Of a stretch of 64,000 nt of DNA, positions 52,771 to 64,000 are shown piece after piece; position 1 is the stretch's first letter; each line of letters begins with the position of its first letter. Source of the DNA: Epiperipatus broadwayi. Its lineage: Eukaryota; Animalia; Onychophora. The notes under the pieces are model-generated. The model was not told where the DNA came from and ran no database searches. It saw only the letters and a list, made by a program, of their open reading frames with translations. A program made the translations under genes and the position numbers. The DNA lies in NCBI GenBank assembly GCA_028023455.1, contig JAQFVV010000002.1, positions 26,598,001-26,662,000 on the forward strand. Reading direction: 5' to 3'.

Positions 52771-55112
52771 AATATATTCCAGAAGATACCTATTTTGTCA
52801 TAATAATTGAAGAAGTTTAATAGTTTAAATGAAAGAAAAAGTAGCTAAATATGTATTTATATCTAATATTAATGATGGAATAATGATCGAGTCTCATCAC
52901 CATTATGTGAAATTCTCTGTTAAAGGAATTAAGCTCTTTTCTCCTCATTCACAAATATTATATAATATCAAATCCAAATAATTATTACTATCCAGGGCTG
53001 TGGGGAAGGCAAAAATTACTTTAATATTATTTTATAAATATTGTTATGTTTCATTAATTTATATTATAACACTATTAATGAAAAATTTCTAAAGAAATTT
53101 TTTTTAACAATGTTAATCTACTTTAAAGTAAATACAGGTAAAAGTTCTTCCATTTATGTATAAAATATATATATATATCTTTATTATCTTCTTAGAATGC
53201 TTATATTTAAAGAAAATAATTTTATAAAGGTTACATCATTGTTTAAAATAAAATTTAAAAAATCATGCTATATATTATTTGAAAGTAGTTAGGGCAAAAC
53301 ATTTATATAGTAATTAATTACTGTATAAAAGTAAAAAAAAGAAGAAGTTATGTTTAAATGGTCAAATTAAATCTAAAATCAGTTTGGTGTTAACTAAGCT
53401 TGGGTAAAGTCTTTCTGCCCCCCCTCTTTATTTTATTATATTTCTCTAGGGCTAACAAAAGTCTGTTATAAATCTCACAGAAATAATTTAAGTAATTAAA
53501 AAAATAATTATTATTTTCCAATATTATATCATAAAAATCTGCATAATAGAAAATATTATAATTTTATTTTTTTAAAATTACACACTCATTATATATATAT
53601 AACAAGTCTATAAAAATTGGGAAATGGGCAGAGATTCTTACTAATATCAGTACTCTGAAAAAAAAAATACTCAACACAAATTGTCAGACTAAAACCACTG
53701 CATATTGCTAAACATTTCAAGTGTATTGTGATATGCTTTTATATTAGTTTTTGATTTAAATTACAGTATTTATTTAATGAGATACAAAATTTACTGAAAT
53801 TTTCTGCAAAAAACAAACCTGTATGCATATTTTCATAGTCAAGTTTTCATAAAGAGTATCACATCATAGTCCTAATACACTGTTGCTCTCATTGCATATA
53901 TACATTTAAATATTTTGATATGTGGAAATATCTGTTATATTTTCATGTTAGAAAAATTACCATCATATCTTAATAGATAGTAATCAATGAAAATAGTAAT
54001 CTGCATCGAGTACCTCTTCTAAATTCAATCTCTTGGTATTATATAGAGACTAAAGCACTATAGTATTTATTTATGGTTTAAGTTTAAGGATTGCTACCTT
54101 TCACACATTATCAATTTAAATATATATGTTAATACGAAGAATTTCACAAATTACAGATATAAATGATTTGTTCTGTGGTTCTATCCATGTGTGAAATTAA
54201 TTATAAGTTAATTAATTCATTTATTTATATAAATTATTAATTTATAACATTTAATTGATCAATGGAACAGTCTATTATTATTATTATTAAGGAATGTGTG
54301 GAAGATTGTAAACTTTCCGTAAACCATAAATAAATTAATTTATTTATAATTAATTTTTATAAACTTTGGTATATTAATTCTAAAAATCATATACAGATGA
54401 ATTTACAATAATATAACATTTACATATATATATATATATTGTAATGAAGTATTTATATTAGGTCTGTTGGAAAACATACAGATATTTTTATTGACAATTG
54501 TAATTATATGTTAAACTATTTCAATCATCTAATATTAATATATTACAAATAAAATATCACAAACTTCCAGACATTTTCAGTGATATTTGGCTAATAATTA
54601 TGACTAACAAAAATGTTTGATATTATTAGCGTAAATATTAAAATCATTATTGTGCAGCCGTCATGTTGTTACAATCCTAATCCATATCTGAAGACCAACA
54701 CATTTCTATTAGGTTCTATTTGTTACGTTTAAAAAAACATCTGTATGAAGCACGAATGTCTATATTAGGTGATAACTATCTATTTGCATTTAATGTTAGA
54801 AATATTAATGATTTTTAATATGCGTATAAGTTACAACTTGCATTACGCAAACAAATGACACTCAATATAGAGAATTATCAGGTTGAGTACTTTTGGGAAC
54901 CTTTAGTCCCCACATTCATAGCCTATCTCTTGATATTGAGATTCACTTGTTTGCATAATGTGCAAGTTGTAACTTACTGTTTGCAGGTGAAGTAGAAACA
55001 AGAGTTTTATTTAATATGCATATAAATAATTTTACCGCTTATGAAATAAGTAACTGTAAGATTATAAAGCTATCACAGAATAAACAAGTCTGAGTATGTT
55101 TTTAACAAGTAG

Positions 55113-55512
55113 ATTGGCACTGACTTAATGAAAGGGGGGTCATTATTAACAACTTTATTTAGATGATTCTATGTCCACAACATTTTGGTGCTACGACAGC
55201 TTCTGCAATAAGGAATTTTTGATCAGATCAATTACCACTTTTTTTTAAATTTATTATGAAGAACAGAGATATAACAGAAGTGTTTACTGTCATTCAAGGT
55301 AATCTAACATTGGACAACTTAATGACAAGTCTTATTCATGCTGTGGATATTTTTTCTCAATAGAGAAGAGGAAGAATGTGAAACTCGAGAAACAGTTAAA
55401 AGAGAACAGGATGCTGCTTATGAAGAGTTTTTTCTGACTGATAGAGCAAAGGAAGAACAAAACATCTTGAAGATATGGCAGCTTGAACAAGAAAAACAAG
55501 AACAAATGAGAT
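55113..55512 (+). pseudogene. FAF1: FAF1/caspar-like (UAS-UBX protein) disrupted, intronless fragment
   Basis: HFGATTASAIRNF*SDQLPL..IMKNR..EVFTVIQGNLTLDNLMTSLIHAVDIFSQ* followed, after a frameshift, by EEEECETRETVKREQDAAYEE..TDRAK. This matches the FAF1 UAS end and coiled coil (HFGSV..DQFPL..VIQGN.TVDELM..; RENVKREQDEAY..DRAK). Confidence 0.8.
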
Positions 55513-57112
55513 TCATATTCCTTATTTGTTTTTTTGTGATGTTTCCAATTGTATCCTTGATGTCATCCGATCAGAACTTTCTGGAAAATTTATGGTTTCT
55601 AATTCATAATTAACAGTTTTTTAAACCCTGCAATTTTTTCTTCTTCTTTGGTTGAATCACATAAAGTTTTACTTAGTGTCAGTAGTGAAAGTTGCATGCC
55701 TTATTGATTTTGGCTAGAGAACAAGGTTCTGCCAATCAGCTTTGGTCATTTCTATTAATTGATCTAATTCTCATCCAGTTGATATGGATCAGGAAGTAAT
55801 GGATTGTCTTTACACAAAACATATCCTTTTGCTAAGTTGTCTAGCCTAGTCTGTTCATTTAATTTGAGAGTCAGGCTGATGAGTTCAGAAGTTGTGTGAT
55901 ATATTTCTTTCGTAACAAACGCTTGTTTCCACTCATTTCAGCTTTCCTCGATGCATTACCATTTTTATCTATCGAATGTTCACTTTTGTTAACATTTTTA
56001 TCATTAAATTTGTCACTGTGTGCTTTGGTTTCACTTTCAGCAATACTGACCATTCCAATTCCAGATAGAAATTGAATAACAAGAATTTCAAAATCAAATT
56101 CTGAATGTTCATAATAGTGATTATTCCCTATCATACCGCCATGAATCATTTTTAGTAATGTATTCAGATTTAATTATTCTGTGAATAAGTTTAATGTTTT
56201 AAGGATATTATAACTTAACACTATTTTGGTATTAAGAATTATTTTATAAATATTGTATACTGAATGTTGTAATAATATCAAAACATGTTTTTTTTTTTTA
56301 TTATCTGCACTCTATAACAAAATTATAATTATTATTATGAATACTGGTTATAATGTATGATTCTTTCTGTCAATCTATTCTATGAAAATATGCTGAATAT
56401 GATTAAACAAGGATGATATATGAGTGCATAATCTGAAGAAATAAAAGTAGAAGCTGCATGAAACATTGCAGAGATATGATCTGTGAAAGACAGAATGAGT
56501 GAAAATGATGTCTTTACTTAAAAGAAATATTCAAGTCATAATGAATGTTGGAAATTCTATTACAGACAAATTGTAAGCAGAAATTGGAAGTGATCATTTG
56601 ATGTAATTAGTTGAAACCTGATTCTCGTCATACTCTGCTTATTTTTTTTGTTCAGAATCTTGTATTATAATAAGTAAATCAAATAGTTTTAGTTTTCATG
56701 AGTTCATAAGTTCAAATGAAGAAGTGATATCTGGTTCCAATCCATGGACCTTAAGCTTTAGTCTGCCACTCTATATTGCACCAAATTATACAGGGTGTAA
56801 GCTTGTATTTTTAAGTCTTTAGAAATAGATCAAAAAGTATAACTGAGGTCATTGTTTTTTTTTTTTTTTTTAAGAAGCAATCACTCAGATGGAAGTCAAA
56901 TTTTAAGTCACTTCAGGTTTTAGTTTAATGATCTGTCTTAAATGTTGTAAAATCTATTGCTTTTTTTTATTTTTATTATTAATGAGAATAAGTAACGATA
57001 TAAGCAGGGTGCATCGTACAATCTCTAAATAATAATCAAATGGTTTTACTGTTCAAGAGTTCATAAGAAGTTCAAGCACCATTTGGACATTCATAAACCT
57101 TAAGCCCTAGAG

Positions 57113-57298
57113 CAGCAGTTCTCAACCCATGAGTCACAATCCCTTTGAGGTTCAAACAACCCTTTCACAGGGGTCGCATAACCATTGGAAAACACATATT
57201 TTTGATTCATGACAGTAGCAAAATTACAGGTTGGAGGTCACCATAACATAAGGAACAGTATTAAAGGGTTGCGGCTTTAGGAAGCATGAGAGCCATTA
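57113..57298 (-). mobile_element. hAT-Charlie MITE resembling URR1/nhAT1, 186 bp
   Basis: TIR CAGCAGTTCTCAACC, TSD CCCTAGAG / CCCTAGAA. The internal sequence CCCTTTAATACTGTTCCTTATGTTATGGTGACC..GTAATTTTGCTACTGT.ATGAATC..GCGACCCCTGTGAAAGGG matches my recollection of the URR1 consensus. Confidence 0.8.
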
Positions 57299-58087
57299 CC
57301 CTAGAATCTGCCATTTTATCACTCCACCAATCCACAGTAAAATTATTTTAATCTGTAACTAGAGTGGTGTGAATATTTTTTAAATTTCTAACCAATTATG
57401 TAAGCCATGAGGATATTAGATGACTGGTTTTTGGCTAATTTGCCATCTTTATACCAGTACTTAAAGATTTTGGACTCGTGGAAATTTGCTTGATTATTCG
57501 TATAAGTCTTAATATTTTGACCAAAAGTAACCATTACTGTACAATGACCCTCAAACTTATGTCATTCTGAGCAATTTAATGCAGATTGTCATGAAAAAAT
57601 CAGCTATCCACAACCTGTCATATGAGTCTTTCATGCCTCGTCCAGAGACTATTAAATTATATTGTTGGATAGAGGGAACAAAATATTGTAGTCTTTTATA
57701 ATGCTTTGCACAAAAATATATCACCATATTTACTAAAAAAAAGGTCTTTTTATTTATAACCTTGCTTTAATCACATCTGTCATATTAAGTAGTAACAATA
57801 AATAATGAAATGAGACTTGTTACCACTAGATAAGATATATGGTAAATTTGATCAAATATATCATCTACAATCTGTAAGATTTTTAAATATTTGTGCATCT
57901 TCATAAAATTAACATCTAAAAATTTTAATAATAAGAATACTGTGACAGATTTTCTGAAAAAAAAAGAATATCATTCCAGAATCTATTTTTAATTATCCTT
58001 GTGGGTTAAATCAAGCATATTACAGAAAAAGAATTTAAACTATATAGTTTAATTTGAGAATGTGTTTCATATCTCACTTTGCCTTTA

Positions 58088-58710
58088 AATAACTAGTCCA
58101 GATCCCCGTTTATCTAGATCAGAGGAGAATGCCAATGGTAAGAACAGGCCAATAGACGATGATACTCCTGAATCCGAATGTTTCAAATAAGAAAGAGGAT
58201 CTGGCAATAAGTAACCTTCCCTTTTTAAAGGTTAGGATTAGAGTACTGTCACAGGAATTGAAAGACAGAATATATATATATGTTCTCCAAAGAAAACAAC
58301 TATCAGATAGCTGAACGGCAGACTACACATTTATCACAAGGATAAAAGACACATTCTACAAACAACAGTTGTTAAGCAAACGGTTGTTGCAGCAAGGCAA
58401 GTCCACGTTTATACCTGGAAGTAGATATAACCATGCGCCAACACGAGGCAAGTGTAAAGTACAGCCGGAAGTGGCACAATACCTACTTATGAGGCAGGCG
58501 GTCACAGTACATCTGGAAGTGGTAGATAAAACCTGTAAGGGCACGTGAAGTCCTTTCTATAATTCACCCTAGAACTAGGAGCTATACCTTGCCAACGGTA
58601 GCAAGCGAAATAGGGTGTAAACACGCGAATGTATATTTGTTTTTTCGTATTGTTAATAAATATATTATTAAACGTATTTACACGTGTCTGTGTTTATAAT
58701 AATCATTAAA
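58088..58710 (+). repeat. Unclassified repeat family C, copy 2 (less decayed, CpG retained)
   Basis: Homologous to 44745-45228. AATAAA near 58656. Confidence 0.55.
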
Positions 58711-59638
58711 CACTACAATGTGTGTGTATGTGTTTATGTGCATGAATTGATTGCAGTCCGACAAATCTATTTAAAACTCTGTGTTTAGTCACATAAGTTC
58801 GCTTCCATGCTATCTGATAAATGACTAATTAGTTTTGAAACATCTATTTCGGCTATGCCCTCATCTGGTTCGGTTATTATTTTTTTTTCTTTTTATTTCC
58901 ATTGTTTATATATATACATCGATAATATAAATTATTTTTACATTATAGAAGTCATATATATTATTTCAGGCAACTTGTTTAAAAATATATAGACTTACGA
59001 GTATTGTTTAATGCTATAAAATTGATAATTATTTTATATAAATAGAATTCTGTATTATGGAGACAGACTTAAAGTTTGTTGATTTTTATTATCATCTGAT
59101 TACATGTATTAGAATCCTCATATAAATTCTCAATTCAGCAATAAAAATAAGGCTATTGACATCCCAGGGATTTTAGATATTTAATGTCAACGTTCCATTA
59201 AATGTTTAACAGTACGTTAATATAAATTAGTCAGACGTTTTAAGGAATTGTCCTGCAGTTATTATTAATTTCATATTTAATCATGCTATTGATCCATTAC
59301 ATTCAAAGTTATGTGCATGTATACATGTGTGGGTGCGTGAATAAAAATATAAATCATGAGCTCACTTATTTAGAAATACGACTTTCGTGAGTTTCAATAT
59401 TTGTTTCATTTCAAATTTAAAGAATCCACTCCTTATGCACTTGAATACCATGCAGAATTTTATAATCTTTTATTTATTTAATAACAACAACAACAAAAAT
59501 AATAAGATTAGAAAATTTCTACAAGTCATGTTTGCATGTATAATTTCATTTTTGTTTCCATTTAACACTTATCTGACCAACTCACATTTTTACTGACCAT
59601 TAATTAGATGACTGTCTGATGATTACATGAAAGTAAAA

Positions 59639-59742
59639 TTTTTTTTCCATGTGTCATAGCATCAGCCGGGAAGCGAACCCGCTAAACTGGGACAACTGCT
59701 TGTAAAGCAGCTGTCCTGACCTCTCGACCACCAATGCTTGGA
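59639..59742 (-). mobile_element. tRNA-derived SINE, family 1
   Basis: Reverse complement of the consensus GCATTGGTGGTCGAGAGGTCAG..GCGGGTTCGCTTCCCGGCTGATGCTATGACACATGG(A)n. Confidence 0.85.
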
Positions 59743-61959
59743 ATCTGGGGAAAAAGTCCAGCTTCACTCGATTTCGAAATCGAATAAGACAGAACAGGGT
59801 ATTAACTACTACTCCATGCATGCAGACATACATTCAGTGTTGGCCTGAAAGTTTGTGGTGATGACCTTTTAGTTGTATGATGGATTATTTCCGTAATCTA
59901 ATATTAAATATTGAACGTGTTTAGAAATTTTTTAAATATTAATGGAAATAATCCAGCACATACATTTGTTTTAACTTTATATAAATCAGTTAACATACAT
60001 ATATAATCAGTTTGAGACTTATATGTACACAAATTTTAACTTAAAAATGAATTTATATATATGAATTTATTTAAGACAATTTGAATATATATATATTAAC
60101 AATTTTGTCTAATAAGAGTTTCTTAATAAAAATCTCATTATCTTGGGGGAAAAAGTTTATATATCATCCTAATTATTTTAAGTATTCTTGAAAATAAACT
60201 TTACTTTTATTTTTACTAATAATCCTTATTAATGAAAGATATTTTTATCTACAAATTGAAGCAAATGTTTATGTACATATGATAAAAATAAATATTGATT
60301 ATAAAATTTAACATTCATTTCAGCTTATTTTTAAAGAAAAGTTTACAAATCACTACTATTATTAGTTTATTTAATTTCTTTTTATAGTTCAATGATAATA
60401 AAAAAAGAATTGATTCTTTTGTTATAATTTTAATCGTATATATTTGTACTACGTCTGAAATGGTACAGGTGTGTTATAATTTTTTATTTTGTATTAAATT
60501 TTTTTTGTAATAATTATATTTAACTTAATCTTCTTTGGTATTTAGCATTTCATCTAAAAAAGCCTCTTATTACTGAAATATTTCTTATCAGTACAATTAT
60601 CCCCTTATTTGCATTATTCTCTTGCATTAAAAGCTAAAAAAATGTACCAATTATTTCTATTATTTGCTCAAATGAACTTTCAGATATGTTAAAGTACTTA
60701 TTTAAGAAAAGTTATTCTATGTACTAGACAGACTTTTAACCTGTATCACATGCACCTTGAAATTTATAATAGTCGAGCAATATCTTTATTTTTGCCAATA
60801 GAGGGACCTCTCAAACCATGACACAAGATAGTGACTTTTATAAACATAAGAGTGGCCATCTTATTTTTAACCTAACTTTCCACTTATATAGGCCAATCTG
60901 AAGCATCTTGATTTGGGAGCATGAAGCTGTTGTTCTGCGCACTTAATAAATAATTATAACTCTATGCACAAGAACAGAGAATTGGGAGAAAAATTGATTT
61001 ATTATGTAAATCATCGAGTCCCATTAAATATGTATATAAGATCAATTTCCCAATTCTAATACAGCGAAGCTACATATGAACTATATTTTATTTTATGTCT
61101 CTGGCAGATGACATAAAGTAATAGACAGTAGCTCATACTTTCTTTACAATTTATATTTAATACTGTACTGGTGTGTACATGTATAGAACTTTTCAACATT
61201 CACACAGTTATGTATAAAATGCTTTTAAACATATATATCATTAAAATCAGTCAACACTTAGACATCCCAATATCAATAACAATCAACAATCTCAACCTGT
61301 TGTCAAGGTAATCTTTTAACAATATATATTGAACCGGTTGGGAGAAAATCGATGTGATTATCTAATTTAAAATCTCAACTCCGGTTGCACTCTCACTATA
61401 ATACCACAGGTAGATGAAACACCAACTACCTATAACCAGACCAAGGCTATACAAAGTATAACCTATAACCACATTTCCAGGCTATAAAACTTCTTGACTG
61501 CTAGATTCAAACCCCTGCCATGCAAAGCACTTAATTTGATTTGAGGCTTAACCTCAGGCACCAGCTAATCATAAGTTATATAATCAGCATGCCCAGATGA
61601 CAAGTGTACAATCTAGCATTTGATTTATCTCCAAGCTAGCTCCTTTTCTCAATTGTGAAGGGAAATATTTAACACGGTTGCCCAATGCTTATAATTAACT
61701 AAAACTTAACCTATTAATGATGCAGTTATAAGAGAGAGAATCGATCAGACAATAATTAAGCAAACTAATAATTTATTTACACCCATTCATAATTAAAATA
61801 CATTATAATAAAATTTTAAATATATGCACACATATTTAAAATACAATATATTAAGAATTTATGGAGACACTTAAAGATTACTGTGGCTGTAGTTATTAAA
61901 GTTCATTAAAGTCTTTCATTCAAATAATTGTTCAAATCTTTTAAATGGGATAATATGGA

Positions 61960-62260
61960 TTATATTTACCTAGGATTTTCTTTTCAGATAGCATGTTACA
62001 CTCTTTTGGATACAGTTTCTTGCTTGTTCCTGATTTGTTGATTACCAACTGGTTGGTCTTTTCCATCAATGATTTGGCTTCTTATTTTTCCACTTTTCAA
62101 TGAAGGAGAGATTTTCTGTAGTTGTCAGATCATAAGGTGAGCATGTGATACGAAGGACAGATTGAATGCTAACCACCTACTTTGGTTGCTGTCTAGCACT
62201 GCATACTGCTAACACTTCTGGCTTTTCATTGTCTTCTCTTTAAAAGTTTTTTATAAGACA
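61960..62260 (-). pseudogene. Possible mariner transposase 3' relic
   Basis: Traces resembling HDNARPH and HPPYSPDL..S..LFPSLK (PYDLT...PSLK) in broken frames. Confidence 0.3.
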
Positions 62261-62443
62261 GTAATGCTGAATGATAATGAATATAGACTATCACATGATC
62301 ACATTTCCTATACTAACACATTAATTGTTGATAAACAGAGCAAAACTCTCCATACAGTATTGCCACCTGTGCTAAACAGAGTAATCAATGGATGCCAGAA
62401 GGCTTGTGCATAAAATCCGTATCTAATGCCTACTCATCCAATA

Positions 62444-62485
62444 TCCCCAGACTAGTTTCTGGCTTGTGGCCTTCATCAGTGAGGA
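62444..62485 (-). ncRNA. Hammerhead ribozyme (family B), core intact
   Basis: TCCTCA CTGATGA AGGCCACAAGCCA GAAA CTAG TC TGGGGA. Confidence 0.85.
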
Positions 62486-62647
62486 GCTTTGGATCTGAGA
62501 GCACTGCATCTAGATCTTTGGATCTAATGCAACCCTCTAGCAACCACCTTTTATCTCTACTTAACTACAAAACTATGAGAATGAAATTGAAAACACACAA
62601 TATTTTCAATCTAAGCTCAATAGCTTATATAGTCATATGGGTCTGAA

Positions 62648-62687
62648 CTCACTGACGAAGGCCACAAGCCAGAAAATAGTCTGGGGA
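62648..62687 (+). ncRNA. Hammerhead ribozyme (family B), core intact, loop III no longer palindromic
   Basis: CTCA CTGACGA AGGCCACAAGCCA GAAA ATAG TC TGGGGA. It lies exactly at the inversion junction. Confidence 0.75.
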
Positions 62688-64000
62688 TATTGGATGAGTA
62701 GGCATTAGATAGGGATTTTATGCACAAGCCTTCTGGCATCCATTGATTACTCTGTTTAGCACAGGTGGCAATACTGTATGGAGAATTTTGCTCTGTTTAT
62801 CAACAATTAATGTGCTAGTATAGGAAATGTGATCACGTGATGGTTAATGGTTTAACACCAATCCTGCCTAATAGGATAGTGGTAGCTGTGGTTGTAAAAG
62901 AGCCAAAGACACCAAAATGTATGGGTGCTGAACTGAGTTCAGACCCTTATGACTATATAAGCTATTGATCTTAGATTGAAAATATTTTTTATGTTTTCAA
63001 ATTTCATTCTCATAGTTTTGTAGATAAGTAGAGATAAAAGGTGGTTGCTAGAGGGTTGCATTAGATCCTAAGATCTAGATGCAGTGCTCTCAGATCCAAA
63101 GCTCCTCACTGACAAAGGCCACAAGCCAGAAACTAGTCTGGGGATATTGGATGAGTAGACATTAGATAGGGATTTTATGCACAAGCCTTCTGGCATCCAT
63201 TGATTACTCTGTTTAGCACAGGTGGCAATACTGTATGGAGAGTTTTGCTCTGAATATAGAGTACATAATAAAAATAGTAATATAATATAACTGAATGAAT
63301 GAATCTCTCAGTCCTTTTATATGCTGCTTCCTGATTGTTTTCTTTTTATCATTCTCCAATCTGGTTTAATTAAATGTTATATTTCATTAATTAAAATTGT
63401 ATTCTTTTTAATCTAACTTCTTGCTTAGATTAATCTAAGATTTGATAAGATAATGTCCATAGTCTTTTCCTTTGTTTCTTCAATTAGTGCAATAGGAGTT
63501 ATTATTTCTTTTCTTTATCAGCCAAGTAATATTTTAAGCAAATTTAAATTTAAAAGTTTTCTTATTTCATTTTTAAATTTTTTTTTCTATTTAAATTTAT
63601 AAAAAGGGAGAGCCAACTTTAATTTTTTTTACTTCCTCCATTTCTACTCGCTCTTTAATGCTAAAACTATTTTTTACTTTTTTTCTTAAATGACAAGATG
63701 ACACAACACTTTATTTTTACAATTTGCTTCTCAAAAAAAACTTTTTCAAACATATGATAATTTATATTTCACCTTTATCAAGACTTAATTATTTCTTTTA
63801 AAATTAATTTGATCATTTATTAATAAATGATTTCACATGTAAGGCAGAATATATGCGTGTTCTCAAACCATATATTCATTGACGGTACAATATATATATA
63901 TCTCCATACATATGCAAACTAATATAAATTAATGTTATCTATAAAAATAATTAAAAGAAAATAATTCAGTCATAAAAAATAGTGAAATAATAAATTGAAA

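Larger units (their letters stand above)
62289..63250 (+). mobile_element. HHR repeat family B: inverted arm plus tandem array (457-bp period), 10-bp TSD
   Basis: TGAATATAGA at 62278-62287 and 63251-63260. Reverse arm 62289-62650; forward array 62648-63250 with hammerheads at 62648 and 63103 (the latter G8A). Confidence 0.93.

Noticed and set aside
58836-58872. Minus-strand CAGATGA-GGGCATAGCC-GAAA hammerhead-like motif
   Set aside because: It has U4A and no valid UH next to helix I, and there is a single copy. It may be a dead PLE HHR but cannot be supported here.
59616-59634. CTGATGA-TTACAT-GAAA as a hammerhead
   Set aside because: No helix II can form and there is no helix I pairing; likely a chance match.

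Overview
Strongly AT-rich, CpG-depleted eukaryotic (invertebrate, probably arthropod) genomic DNA dominated by transposable-element debris. The only intact host coding sequence I can support is two in-frame exons of a kelch-repeat gene (34478-34780 and 39754-39894, + strand); I could not find the remaining exons. There is also a disrupted FAF1/caspar-like fragment (about 55113-55512). The main signal is two unrelated families of ~460-470 nt non-coding repeats (A: 5 loci, B: 5 loci), each carrying a minimal type I hammerhead ribozyme (HHR) with a palindromic helix III. They occur as tandem and head-to-head inverted arrays with the 3' ends of the ribozyme strand facing outward. Relics of GIY-YIG Penelope-like elements lie nearby, one of them with the same inverted architecture. 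This looks like a Penelope-mobilised retrozyme (circular RNA) system, and one core-intact ribozyme sits in sense orientation inside the kelch intron. Also present: a full-length decayed hAT transposon, hAT MITEs (one closely resembling the URR1/nhAT1 group), Tigger/pogo, Tc1 and mariner relics, RTE and L1/Tx1 LINE relics, tRNA-derived SINEs, foldback MITEs, a 31-bp minisatellite and an unclassified 2-kb repeat. No CRISPR array, rRNA or canonical tRNA gene was seen. All assignments were made by eye with no database search; repeat boundaries are approximate unless a TIR or TSD is quoted.
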